64,000 bases of DNA, taken from contig OZ251244.1 of NCBI GenBank assembly GCA_965240325.2, positions 496,001-560,000 on the forward strand. The letters run 5' to 3'. Both the position numbers and the translations under genes were made by a program. Positions 1 through 11,405 of the stretch are shown here, in pieces. The notes beneath the pieces are model-generated. The model searched no databases. It was not told where the DNA came from and was given only the letters and a program-made list of their open reading frames with translations. Source of the DNA: Rebecca billardiae RCC1528 (lineage: Eukaryota; Protista; Haptophyta). Each line of letters begins with the position of its first letter. Within the stretch, counting starts at the first letter, position 1.

Positions 1-643
1 CTGCTTCACCACCGGGTCCAGGTAGCCCTGCCGCAGGCGGAAGCCACGCTGTGTGTCCGCGGGTGCACCAGGTGCGGCCGCGGGCGCGGCAGCAGTCGGC
101 ACCGCGGGCGCGGCGGGCGAGAGGAACGGCCACGAGGCGGGCTCGCGCACGCGCTCTCGCCTCGCGACCTCGAGCAGCTCGTCGAGCACCTCGCGCACCT
201 CTGCGCCCATCGCCTCGAGCGCCGCGTCCGGCGCTAGACGCCCGTCGTCAGCCGCGAGCGCGCGCGCGAGGGCGGCGAGGACTCGCACTGACTCCTCCTC
301 GTCCGCGGCCGCGGCCTCGGCGAGCGCGCTCAAGGCGGCGGTGCTCGCGGCGCAGACGCGCTTAGGCGCGTGCAGCGCCATCAGCAGCACCGCCTGCGCA
401 CCGCGCGGGTCACGAGGCCCGAGGCTCAGCGCGCGCGCGCGCGTGCGCGCGCGATCGCGCGCACGCGAATGCATGCCCCCCGCGCGCGCACACCTGGCGC
501 ACGTTCGGTGCGAGGTCCGGGAAGACGGTCGGGAGCTGCTCGAGCATCTCGGGCGTGAGCTGGTTCGCCGCCGCCGAAGACGACCATGGCTGCTGCAGGT
601 GCGCCTCGAGCCACGCCTGCAGCGAGATATCCCCCGCCAGCAT
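1..643 (-). CDS. NELFA: NELF-A-like negative elongation factor subunit, 5' part (exon 643-494, intron 493-394, exon 393-<1)
   Basis: Spliced translation MLAGDISLQAWLEAHLQQPWSSSAAANQLTPEMLEQLPTVFPDLAPNVRQ|AVLLMALHAPKRVCAASTAALSALAEAAAADEEESVRVLAALA follows the spacing of the NELF-A N-terminal region as I recall it (WL..L....W....A..LT...L..I...F..L...VK..LL...LH.P). Canonical CAG|GT and CAG| phase-0 sites. Confidence 0.65.
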
Positions 644-965
644 GGCGCCGACTGCCGGCCGCGCGGGTGGGGTGGATCGCTCACGTCAGCTCGGCGGGTG
701 GCGTCACGGTTGGAAGAGAACAATAGATCTACAATCCGTACTTACAGTACTATGACAGTACTGTAGTACTCGCAAGCTGAGCAAACCCATTGTCATTGGA
801 TGCACTGTTGACCCGCCACGCGCCTCGCTACACGGCCCAGTGTGCTTCGGGTGGCCCGCATCGGGCGCATCGGGCGGCCGATGCAGGCACTGTCTGAGTG
901 CGTGTGCATTACGGTCACAAGTTGGCCGTCCGCGCGGAGCGAGACGAGGTGTCGAGACTCGAGTG

Positions 966-1120
966 CAGCAACATGCGGATGGCGGGGATGCGATGTCTTT
1001 GTTGGTGGAGCGCCAAACTACGGCTCCAAAACCACTAGTGTCAGCAACATGCGGATGCCGGGATGCGATGCCCTTGTTGGTGCACGGAGCGCCAAACTAC
1101 GGCTCCAAAACCACTAGTGT
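966..1120. repeat. Imperfect tandem duplication, 2 copies of ~76-79 bp
   Basis: CAGCAACATGCGGATG...GGAGCGCCAAACTACGGCTCCAAAACCACTAGTGT occurs at 966-1041 and 1042-1120. Confidence 0.9.
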
Positions 1121-1772
1121 CTACTGACAAGCCGCTCGCGCGCCCGACAGAGCCAGAGGGCGCTCTGGCCCGCGACACCGGCGGTTGCCACTGTGGTTTG
1201 TGTCGGAGCTCGAGCCGCGACGACGACGACAGAAGGGACAGATAGCGGTATTAGCGTACGTACAGCAAGGGAGATCGCCTTGCTGTACGTCTACTGTAGC
1301 TACTGGCTCCACGCGGACGATTCGCACACGGATGACGGAGCCAGAGATGACGAGCGGGAGGCTCGAGAGGGCGTGTTCCGGATCCGGAAGCCGCCAACTT
1401 CTGGCGCTCCCCTCGCCCGGACTTTCGCTCAATAATTAATGACTTCGCTGCGCCAACGGTCTTCGCCTCGCTGCATTTCAAGCGGGCGCCGCGGCTGCAG
1501 CGGCGCACGCGAGCGCAGCGCCTCAGCGCACGGCTGCGCCTTGCCGCCTTCCGCCGCCAAGCCGCTCAACCCGCACGCAGCCTTCCCGCGCCCTTCGTAA
1601 GTCAGACACGGCGTCCGCGCGCGGCGCGCGAGCGCTGCGCTGCGCGCGCCCTGGGCGCAGCCTCGTGTGCGCACAATCGCGCCCGACGCTCGCGCCCGCT
1701 GACTCGCGCCCTCGCCTCGCGCGACCATCTCCGCGCTTCGTGCCGCTCGCGCAGGCCCCGCCGCCGATCGCA

Positions 1773-4282
1773 ATGCCCAAGGGTTCTGACATGCCGATCG
1801 ACCTCGACGCAGACCCGACCTGCCCGCCCAACTGGATCGGCGAGCTGCAGCAAGTCCTCTGGTGCCTCAAGTTCGCGCCGCGCAAAGCGCCCGGCGTCCA
1901 AGACACGATCTCGCAGCTCATCCGCGACCGCAAGCTCACGTGGAACGACGTGCTCGAGGACGGCAACGTGCTCTTCGAGATCGGCTGCAAGTACTGGTGC
2001 GCGCACGCGCAATCGCGTCGCACGCATGCGCGGATCCGCGTGCGCGCCAACTCGGTCGACGCGACGCGCGAACCGAGCGCAAATCGATGAGACGCGCGCG
2101 CTCGCGCGCGCTCGACCGCGCGCTCGCGCGTGCGCACAGGGAGCCGGATCCGCCGCTCTACTGGGATCGCGTGTGCGCCGAGTTCCACGCCATGGCGCGC
2201 GACAAGGAGAAGGGCATCTTTCCGCTCATGTGCGCCATCGCGCGCGCACGTCGCACGCGGCGCGTGCGAGCGCCGCGCGTCTCCAACGGCCTCGCTCGCG
2301 CGCGCATGCGCGCGCGCGCTCACGCTCGGCCGCGCGCGCGCTGTGGCACGCGCTCCCGCAGGCCGACGGTGCGCATGGCCAACCTGAAGAAGCTGCACAT
2401 CCTCGAGTGGCAGCAGAGCCTCGAGGATGCGCTGCCCGAGCTCGAGCGCTTCTTTCGCGAGCGCACCGCGGCCGAGAAGGCGCGGCTCGAGGCGCGCGCG
2501 CTCGCCGCGGCCGAGGCGGAGGGCGACACGAGCGCCGAGGCGCTCGCGCGCCACCTCGAGGCGGAGACGGCGGCGGACGAGGCGAGGGCGACGGAGCGCA
2601 AGCGCGTGGCGAAGGAGCACTGGCTCAAGACCAAGCAGCTGCCGCCGCGCGCGCCGCCCGCGAAGCCCGCGCTCACCGAGTACGAGGCGCGCCGGATCGC
2701 GCAGATCGACGAGAACCGCGCGATGCTCGAGCAGCTCGGGCTGCTCGGCGGCGCGGCCGCGGCGCTGGGCGACGCGGGCGAGCAGGGCGGCGCGGCGGCG
2801 GCGGGCGGGCGCAAGCGCAAGAACACGCCGCCCGCGCCGGCCGAGGCGACGCGGCGCAGCGCGCGCGCGCGCGCCAACGTCTCGTACTGCGAGGTGGAGC
2901 GCGCGCACCAGCCTGGGCACGCGGGCCGCGCGCGCGGCGGCGCGGACGCGGCGTCGGAGGGCGGCTCGTCCGACAGCGAGTCGCGCGGCAGCGGCGGCAG
3001 CAGCAGCGGCAGCGAGGGCTCGCGGTCGTCGGCAGACAGCACGAGCAGCGACTCGGACGGCTCGACGAGCTCGAGCAGCGACGACGACGACAGCGACGAC
3101 GAGGGCGGCCGCGCGCGCGTCGCGCGGCGCCGCGGTGCCGCGGTGCTGCGCGCGCGCGCGGCGGCCGCGCCGCGCGCGCGCCTGCCCGCGCACGGCGCGG
3201 CGGCGCGCGGCGCGGCGCCGCCGGCGGCGCTCGGCGGCACGCGGCAGCTGGTCACCGGGCCGCTGCCGCCGCCGATCATGCGGCCCACGCCGGAGACGGA
3301 CGCGCACATGCGCTCCGTGCGCCGCGTGGACGACGGCAGCGGGAAGCCCTTCTGCTGCCCGTGGAAGGGCTGCAGCCACCGCGACGTCCGTCCTGCGGAT
3401 TTGCGGGTGCGTGCCGTGCGCGGCGACGGGCGCGCGCGCGCGCGGCGATGTGCAGCTTCTGACACCTGCGCCCCATGCCGCGTGGCGCGCCGATGCGCGC
3501 GCGCGTCCATCGTGGCGGCGGCTGGTCCGCTGCGCGCAGAGGCACGTGTGCACGCACACGGGCGAGAAGCCGCACGGGTGCGGCTGGCCCCAGTGCAGCG
3601 AGGCCTTCACTCAGCCTGGCCATTTGAAGGTGCGCGCACGAGCATGCGCACATCCATGCCGCCGTGCGCTCCGCCGCGCCGCTGCTCGCGATGCCGGCGC
3701 TGCGCGTGCGCTCACTGACAATGCTGCGTGGCCGCGCGGCCCGCGGGCGCCGCTCCCGCCCGCGGCGCGGCGTGCAGAGGCACATGCTCACGCACACGGG
3801 CGAGAGGCCGTACGTGTGCGAGAAGTGCGGCAAGGACTTCAATGATTCTGGCCATTTGACGGTGCGCGCACGACCATGCGCACATCCATGCCGCCGCGCG
3901 CTCCGCCGCGCCGCTGCTCGCGGTGCTGGAGCGGCGCGCGCGCTCACTGACAATGCTGCGTGGCCGCGCGGCCCGCGCGCGCCGCTCCCGCCCGCGGCGT
4001 GGCGTGCAGAGGCACGTGCTCACGCACACGGGCGAGAGGCCGTACGTGTGCGAGAAGTGCGGCGAGGCCTTCACTAGGGCTGACACTTTGATGGTGCGCG
4101 CACGAGCATGCGCACATCCATGCCACCGTGTCCATCGTGCCGCTGCTCCCTGCTCCCTGCTATGCTGCGGCGCTGCGCGCCTGCGCTCACTGACGCGCTG
4201 CGCGGCCGCGCGCCCCGCGCGCGCCACTTCCGCCCGCGGCGGCGTGCAGAGGCACATGCAGACGAATCACGCGGACACATAG
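1773..4282 (+). CDS. C2H2 zinc-finger protein (4 fingers) with a CDCA7/WDR76-like helix. Exons 1773-1996, 2140-2229, 2362-3406, 3540-3629, 3778-3861, 4010-4093, 4250-4282
   Basis: GT-AG introns restore the frame. Fingers CPWKGC..LR|[22 protein letters not shown]|[20 protein letters not shown]|[19 protein letters not shown]|RHMQTNH, joined by TGE(K/R)P linkers. Confidence 0.8.
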
Positions 4283-4589
4283 CCGTAGACATCTCGTCGA
4301 ACGTGTGCGAGGTGTCGGCGGCAAGGAAGCCGCTGCCCCAGCAAGCCACTTGATGCTGCTGATGATGATTGATGACAAGCGCAGGCTGCATCGCGCTCAT
4401 GATATGCAATACGCAAATATCCGCCTGACGATGATGCGCATCACAGCAAAGTGACAGCATATCGATCCTTCATTCGGCTTCATCCGCTTTGAAGCCGGCC
4501 TACAGTACTGGCTACTGCTCCGCGCCGGCAGGCTGCTTGCATGATGCGTGATGCGCTGCGCGATGATGTTATTATATTTTATATGTATA

Positions 4590-4593
<4 letters not shown>

Positions 4594-4627
<34 letters not shown>
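4594..4627. repeat. (TA)n microsatellite
   Basis: Direct TA run. Confidence 0.95.
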
Positions 4628-4630
<3 letters not shown>

Positions 4631-5505
4631 CTTTGCTGCGCGCACAGCGCAGCAGGCATGCACAGAGTAGGGGGTCCAGGTGAAGTTTCCCACTTTTGAA
4701 GGGAAGCCATGGCGGGCGTGAATGCCCGTCCCAACGCGATCCAAGGCGCGTGTGGCACGTCCGGGACCGGGGGGCATGCCACACGCCGGTCGGCGTCGCC
4801 GTACGAGCGCGTGTGCGTGAGTGACAGCTTCCCTTCAGACTTTTCGACCACTCTCACGTCCACGTCCACGCCCCCGTACGACCGGCGCGCGAGTGAGGTT
4901 GCGCATGGGAAGGATGGGCAGGTAGCGGCCAGGATCACCGTTCTGACGGTCATACCGCCATCTGGGGCATGCATTGCGAGGGTGCATGCCTGGCGAAGGT
5001 CCATCTGACCCTACAAGCCGTGGATCTGACGAGCAAGGTTGGCTGCGCGGTAGTCGTGCGACCCCCGTCCGACACGGCTGCCGTGCGAATACGTTTGGCG
5101 TGTGCGCGCCTGTCAACGGCAGGGTGATCAACGACCGGCATGGCTAGCAAGCTGATCAGGACTAGTAAGAACCTTGTCTGGGACCACGCCACGCCATTTG
5201 GCGACCTCACCACCGCTCAATGCCCGTCCAGAGGCACGGCCGTGCCGCACTACCTGGCCAGCCACCGCCAAAGTGGGGCCCACCATCTGGACCCCCCTGT
5301 ACACTGCTATTCACTAACACAGACGGCGCTCGTCGTCGAGTCATGTGCACGTCGTCATTCGCATGCATATCATCGCGTGCGGCGGCGCGCGTGTGCGCGC
5401 TCACTGAGACTACGACTGCTGATCTGCTGTGCAGTATAATAGTCGTAGTGCTGCACGGCCGCCGCGCCGCCCAAATAATATAGCAAGGCGGCATTATTGT
5501 CGTCG

Positions 5506-6691
5506 TCAGACAGACTCGCTGCTACTGCCGCTGCCTGGGCTGGCCGGCACGGTGGTCGGCGCGGCGGCTGCGCTGCTGCCTTCGAGCTTGGGCGAGTCGC
5601 GGCTGCCCCGGGAGGCCGCGCCGCCGCCGAGCACGAGCCCGGCCGGCGGCGCCGGCAGCCGGCGAAGGCCCGTCGCGCCCATCGTCAGAGCGCTCCACCT
5701 CACGCCGAGCGGTGTGATTGGCCGACTGCCCGCGGCGCCGCGCGCACCCTGCGACGGCGGCAGCGCGCCGCCCGCCGCCGCGCCCGGCCGCGTCGTGAGC
5801 ACGCCTCCGAAGAGCTCGTCGTGCGAGTCGTCGTCGGAGTCGCCGCCCAGGGCAGGTCGCCTGGCCGCGGCGTGCGCCGACGGGGGCTCGGCAGCGGCCG
5901 CGGGCCCCTTGGGCCCTTTCCGCCCGCCGCGTGCCGCCGGCGACTTGCGCTGCGCCGCGGCCGCGCTTGCGCCGCTCACGCCCCTCGCCAGCTGCGGCGT
6001 GGCGGCGTGCGCGCTGGCTGCGGGCGCCATGGGGGACGCCGTGACGAGTTGCCCCATCTGGTCCGGGATGGGCGTCGCCACGACGATCGGCGTGGCCACC
6101 ACCGGCGTGCCGTGCGCCGCAGCGCCCGCTCGCGCGGGCGCGGCGCGCGGCGGGCGCGCGCTGGCCTGCTGCGCGCGCGACGCGTCAGGCGCGCCGGTCA
6201 CGGCCAGGTTCTTCACGTGCAGCCCGAGCCGTTCGATCCTGAACGTGGCGCCGTCGAAGAGCAGCACGTACTCGTCCTCCGTGTGCTCCTCGTAGTTGCC
6301 GCGGAAGCGCGCCGCGCAGTCCGACGCGCCGCGCGCCGCGTCGGGAGGCGCATCGTGAGTGGCGCTCACAGCGTACTCGGCGCTGTGGTCGTCGTGCAGC
6401 TCGAGCCGCGCGGCGTTGCGCATGGGCACGGACGCCGGCGTGAAGTTGACTGCGCCGGCAGGGCGTGGGCGCGCGCGAGGGGGTCGGGTTGGCTCAGGCA
6501 TGCGCGGCGCACGCCGCGTGTGCGCTGCAGGCGGCGGCGCGCCCCGAGCGCGCGCGCGCGCACGCGATGCGCGCACAGCGGACGGTGTGGTAGACCGACG
6601 GCTGCGACCCCTCGTCCATGGCGTCGCGCCGCCGCTTGAGCGTCGCGCCCACGGCGAGCGGGAAGCGCCCGCGAGGCCTGCCCTGCGCCAT
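5506..6691 (-). CDS. EAF: ELL-associated factor (EAF) domain protein. Exons 6691-6577 and 6449-5506
   Basis: Spliced ...VYHTVRFNFTPAS...FRGNYEEHTEDEYVLLFDGATFRIERLGLHVKNL matches the EAF signature (HTIRYDFKPAS ... VLFFDGETFRLERL). Low-complexity and acidic C-terminus. Confidence 0.85.
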
Positions 6692-6853
6692 ATGCGCAAG
6701 CTCCTACGTGGAGGCGTCCGCCATCGTGCGCGGAAGTTGCTCGCTGAGTGCGCTTGCCGTGACAGCCGCGTGGCCAAACGCCGCGCTTCGTCAGCGCGAC
6801 TGGCCGGGCGTGAGCACAAGCTCGGCTTGTGTCGATCGTACATCAGCGCAGCC
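6692..6853. promoter_or_regulatory. Putative bidirectional promoter between EAF and ProRS
   Basis: Two divergent ATGs separated by only 162 bp. Confidence 0.45.
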
Positions 6854-9800
6854 ATGGATCGCGTGCTCGCGGACCTCAAGGCGCTCGGCGTGCAGTACAA
6901 GTCGCTGGAGCACCCGGCGGTGCTCACGGCGGAGGAGCAGGAAAAGCACATCGGCTCGCTCTCCGGCGCGCACACCAAGAATCTCTTCGTCTCGGACAAG
7001 AAGCACGGTGCGCGCGCGCGCGCACGCGCGGGCGGCATGCGCGAGCGACCATGCGCGGCGCGGCGCGCGCGCTCATGGGCGTGCCGAGCGGCGCGCGCGC
7101 GCGGCGCGCAGGGTACTTCCTGATCACCATCCTCACCGAGCGCAAGGTCGACGTCAAGGCCGTCGCCAAGGCGCTCGACCTCAAGGGAGCCAACCTGCGC
7201 TTCTGCGACAAGGATGCGCTTGGCTCTTTGCTCGGCGTCGCGCAGGGCGCGGTCTCGCCGCTCGCCGTGTCGAACGACAAGGAGGGCAAGGTGCGCGTGG
7301 TGCTCGACGCGTCGATCCTCACGCACGACAAGGTGCTCGTCCACCCGCAGGCCAACACCGCCACCCTCGAGATGCCGACCGCCGGTCTGAGCGCTTTCCT
7401 GGAGAAGCATGGACACGCGCCGACGGTGCTCGACTTTGACAAGCTCGGCGGCGGCGGCGGCGGCGGCGGCGCGGAGGGCGGCGCGAAGCCGCCCAAGGGC
7501 GAGCCCAAGCCCAAGCCCGCCGCGCAGCCCAAGCCCGCCGCCGCCGCCGCGGCCGGCGGCTCCAAGGGCGAGACGTCACAGCTGGGCCTCACAGTGAAGA
7601 AGGACGATGACTTCGCCGCGTGGTGCGCGCAGCGGCGCGGCGGGCCGTGTGCCGCGCGTACTCCCGAGGGGGCCGTGCGCGCGCGTGCGCGCGGCGGCGG
7701 TGGCGGCGGGGATGGGTGGCCCCATCGGAGGAGGGCCGCGGCGCGGGCGGGCTCGGGCGGAGGCGTGGGCTGCAGCCGTGTGGCGGCAGCAGCATGGCCC
7801 GGCCCGGACTGGGGGTCGGCCCGGACGGGGGGTCGGCCTGGCTCGTCGTTCCCCCGACGCCCAGCTGACGGCCCGACGCCCCGCCCGCGTGCACGCCCCC
7901 GGCTCCGCGCTTGCTCCCGCCGCGGCGCGCCCGCGCGCCCGCGGCTGTCGGCTGCAACGCCGCTCGCTCGCTCGCTCTGTCGCGCGCGCGCAGGTACACG
8001 GAGGTGATCGTCAAGGCGGAGATGATCGAGTACTACGACATCTCGGGCTGCTACATCCTCCGCCCGTGGTCCTTCGAGATCTGGGACTACATCCGCGACT
8101 TCCTCGACGGGCTGATTAAAAGCCTCGGCGTGAAGAATTGCTATTTTCCGATGTTTATTTCGAAGGGGGCGCTCGAGGCGGAGAAGGACCACGTGGAGGG
8201 GTTCGCGCCCGAGGTGGCGTGGGTGACCAAGTCGGGCGACGGCGAGCTCGCCGAGCCCATCGCCGTGCGCCCCACGTCGGAAACCATCATGTACCCGGCG
8301 TACGCCAAGGCATGCGCGCATGCGATTTCGCGCCGTGCCGGCCGGGGCCGGAGCCGCGCACCGCGCGCACCGCGGCGCAGCGCGCGCGGGGGGGGCTGGA
8401 GTCGGGCCTGCTTGCGGCCCGGCCCGGCCGGTGGCTGCCCTCACGCGCGCGCACGCGCGCCCACGCCGCCACGCCAGCCATCGCTCACGCCCACCTGCGC
8501 CGCCCGCCCACTGCGCCGCACCGCCCTCCTGTGCTTTGGCCACCGCGCGCCCGATCACCGTCTACTCGTCAACTGGATTTTTATTTTATTTTCCCCTTCC
8601 TTTCTTTCTTTGCCTGCTCTTCTTTCCCTGATGGTCCGCAGTGGATCCGCTCGCACCGCGACCTGCCGCTAAAGCTGAACCAGTGGAACAACGTCGTGCG
8701 CTGGTGCGCGGCGCGGCGCCCGCGCGGCGCGCGTCCGAGCACCGACGCCGCGCCGCGCGGCCGGCACGCACGCCGGCGCGCCCTGTCTCGCACGCCGTGC
8801 CCACGGCTGGCACGCGCCCCACCCTAAACCTGCCCCTACCCCTACCCCTAAACCGCAGGGAGTTCAAGTACCCGACGCCGTTCCTCCGCTCGAGAGAGTT
8901 CCTCTGGCAGGAGGGGCACACGGCGCACGCGCACAAGGCAGACGCTGACACGGAGGTGCTGCAGGTGCGTGCGCGCGGGCTGCGAGGGCGCGCGCGCGGC
9001 GCGGGCTAGGGAGGTTCGGTGGGTCTGTCGGGCCGATGCGTCGCGCCGCGGAGAGGGCGTAGGGGCAGCAGGCGCGCTCGCCCGGGCTGCTTGCTGGTCG
9101 GAGGTCGTGCGCTGCGCGCCCCGCGCCCCGCTCCGCCGCGCGCACCTGGGCCCACGCGCGCGCACGCGCACACTCGACGCGCGCGCGCCCGGCGCAGGTG
9201 CTCGACTTCTATCGGCGCGTGTACGAGGAGCTGCTCGCGGTGCCCGTCGTCAAGGGCACCAAGACGGAGAAGGAGAAGTTCGCCGGCGGTGCGCGCGCGC
9301 GCGTGCGCACCTCCGAGCGCGCGCGTGGGGCGGCGTGCGCGCGCGCGCGCGCGGGGCGGCGCCACGGCCGTGCTGCGCGCGCCGACGCCCATCAGCCGCC
9401 TCACGCGCGCATGCGGCGCGCGCCGCCCGGCGGCGTGCGCACGCACAGGCGACTACACGACGACGGTCGAGGGCTTCATCCCGCACACCGGCCGCGGCAT
9501 CCAGGGCGCGACGAGCCACTGCCTCGGGCAGAACTTCGGCAAGATGTTCAAGATCGAGTATGAGGACGAAAAAGGCGAAAAGGCGATTCCGTGGCAAAAC
9601 TCGTGGGGTCTGACAACTCGGACGATCGGTGTGATGGTCATGCTGCACTCGGACGACAAGGGGCTCGTGCTGCCGCCGCGCGTGGCGCCGACGCAGGTGA
9701 TCGTCGTGACGATCCCGAAGAAGGGGCACACCGAGCAGATCGACGCGCAGGCGCACAAGGTCGTCGAGCAGCTCAAGGCCGCGGGCGTGCGCGCGGACGT

Positions 9801-10542
9801 GGACGCGCGTCAGAACCACACGCCCGGTCGCAAGTATGCACACTGGGAGCTCAAGGGCGTGCCTCTGCGCGCGGAGCTGGGCGCGAACGACCTGGCGAAG
9901 GAGCAGGTGACGCTCGTGCGCCGCGACACGGCCGAGCGCATGGAGGTGCCGCTGAGCACGCTGCTGCAGCGCGTCTCCCTCTCTCTCGTCGAGATGCAGC
10001 ACGACCTGCTGGCGCGCGCAAAGGCGGAGCGCGACAAGCGCATCGTGCGCGTCACGCAGTGGGACGAGTACGAAGCTCGCGCGGCGGCGCGAGCCCGCGT
10101 GGCGCGGCGCCGCCGGCGCGTGGCGCGCCGCGCGCGCCATCGCCCCCGGCGCGCCCCTCTCACGGCGCACGTGCGGTCGGCCTCTCTCCGCCTCCTCCTC
10201 CCTCCCTCGCGCGCGCTCGCCCCCTGTGCGCGCACCGCCGTCCATGCACCGCCATCCATGCACCGCCGTGCATGCAGGTTCGTGCCGGCGCTCGATGGGC
10301 TGAACATGGCGCTGACGCCCTTCTGCGACGAGGAGGAGTGGGAAGACAAGGTGAAGGAGCTCTCGAAGGAGGAGTCGCTCAAGCGCGCGGGCGAGGCGGG
10401 CGAGGACGCCCGGACCTCGACCAGCGTCGCTGCCAAGACGCTGTGCATTCCGCACGAGCAGCCGGAGCTGCCCGCGGGCATGAAGTGCTTCGTGAGCGGC
10501 AAGCCCGCCAAGTGCTGGGTGCTGTGGGGGCGCTCGTACTAG
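6854..10542 (+). CDS. PARS1: Cytosolic (archaeal/eukaryote-type) prolyl-tRNA synthetase with N-terminal YbaK/ProXp-ala editing domain. Exons 6854-7007, 7112-7622, 7994-8309, 8642-8703, 8859-8964, 9198-9288, 9449-10067, 10278-10542
   Basis: HTKNLF, GAVSPLA and VHP (ProXp-ala); [70 protein letters not shown]; C-terminal AKTLCIP...[14 protein letters not shown]. Confidence 0.95.
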
Positions 10543-10602
10543 AAGTGCTTCGTGAGCGGCAAGCCCGCCAAGTGCTGGGTGCTGTGGGGCCGTCCGTACT
10601 GA
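10483..10602 (+). repeat. 60-bp in-frame tandem duplication of the last 20 codons of ProRS
   Basis: 10483-10542 encodes [22 protein letters not shown]; 10543-10602 encodes [22 protein letters not shown]. Confidence 0.95.
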
Positions 10603-10896
10603 TGACCGCGGTGCAGGCCACGGCGCGGGCGCGAGCGCGGGACGACGACGCGACGACAGTGCGGTGGGCGCAACAGGGCCTCGCAGCTGGCCCCCGGGGT
10701 GAGCGCAGAGCAGGCAAGGCTCGGTGCACTGTGTGCGCAGCGATGGCGACCGGTCGACTCCGGGCCGGGCGTCGGGCGTGCCAGACGCCCGGGCGGCGCC
10801 GGACGAGCGCCGAGCCTTCCGCCGGTGCCCGAGGTCGATCGACTGACGACCGACGGCGCCGTCGTCGCGCTCGTATAGTCCGAAGGGCCTACGACG

Positions 10897-10906
10897 AATA
10901 AATAAA
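10897..10906 (+). terminator. Possible polyadenylation signal (AATAAATAAA) for ProRS
   Basis: Overlapping AATAAA hexamers ~350 bp after the stop in otherwise GC-rich DNA. Confidence 0.3.
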
Positions 10907-11405
10907 CGCGCTGCTGCGCGCTTCTCGTCGTCATCATCGTCACCTGCTGGTGCGCCACACCCGCGTACTGTCGGGCCGCTCAGCTGATGATGCCCCAGTA
11001 GCCCACTCCGGCCGGCGGCACAGTCTGCGCACCGCCGGTGCCGCCTGAATGAATATAAGGCGCGGCGGACATCATCATCAATCACGCGGTAGGATATATA
11101 CTGCTCCCGCGCGGCCAGAAGCGCTGCGGCAACCCGCGACTACCGGTTGGCGCGCCATTTTACAGGCGGCAAGTCGTGGCGGCCCGGGCAAGGGACCCAC
11201 CGGGCGGGCGTCGCGACGCGTGGCGCCGAGCCGGGCAGTCGGTACTCGGTGGCTCACGTCGCTCACGACACAGGGGCTGCGCTGTCCTCAGACGACCGCT
11301 CTCTTAGCTCTTATGAGCTCAGATTATCCCATCAGGAAGTCAGTCGTAGACGCGGTTCGGCGGTACGCCTTCGGCAGACCCCTCTGCTCGGTGAGGTTGC
11401 CTTCT

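Noticed and set aside
4668-5299. Possible MITE with ends TAGGGGGTCCAGGTG / CATCTGGACCCCCCTG
   Set aside because: The TIR is short and imperfect, and the flanks (GCACAGAG vs TACACTGC) show no TSD.
1-6691. NELF-A plus EAF as a functional elongation-factor cluster
   Set aside because: Two genes separated by an unrelated gene; no evidence beyond proximity.
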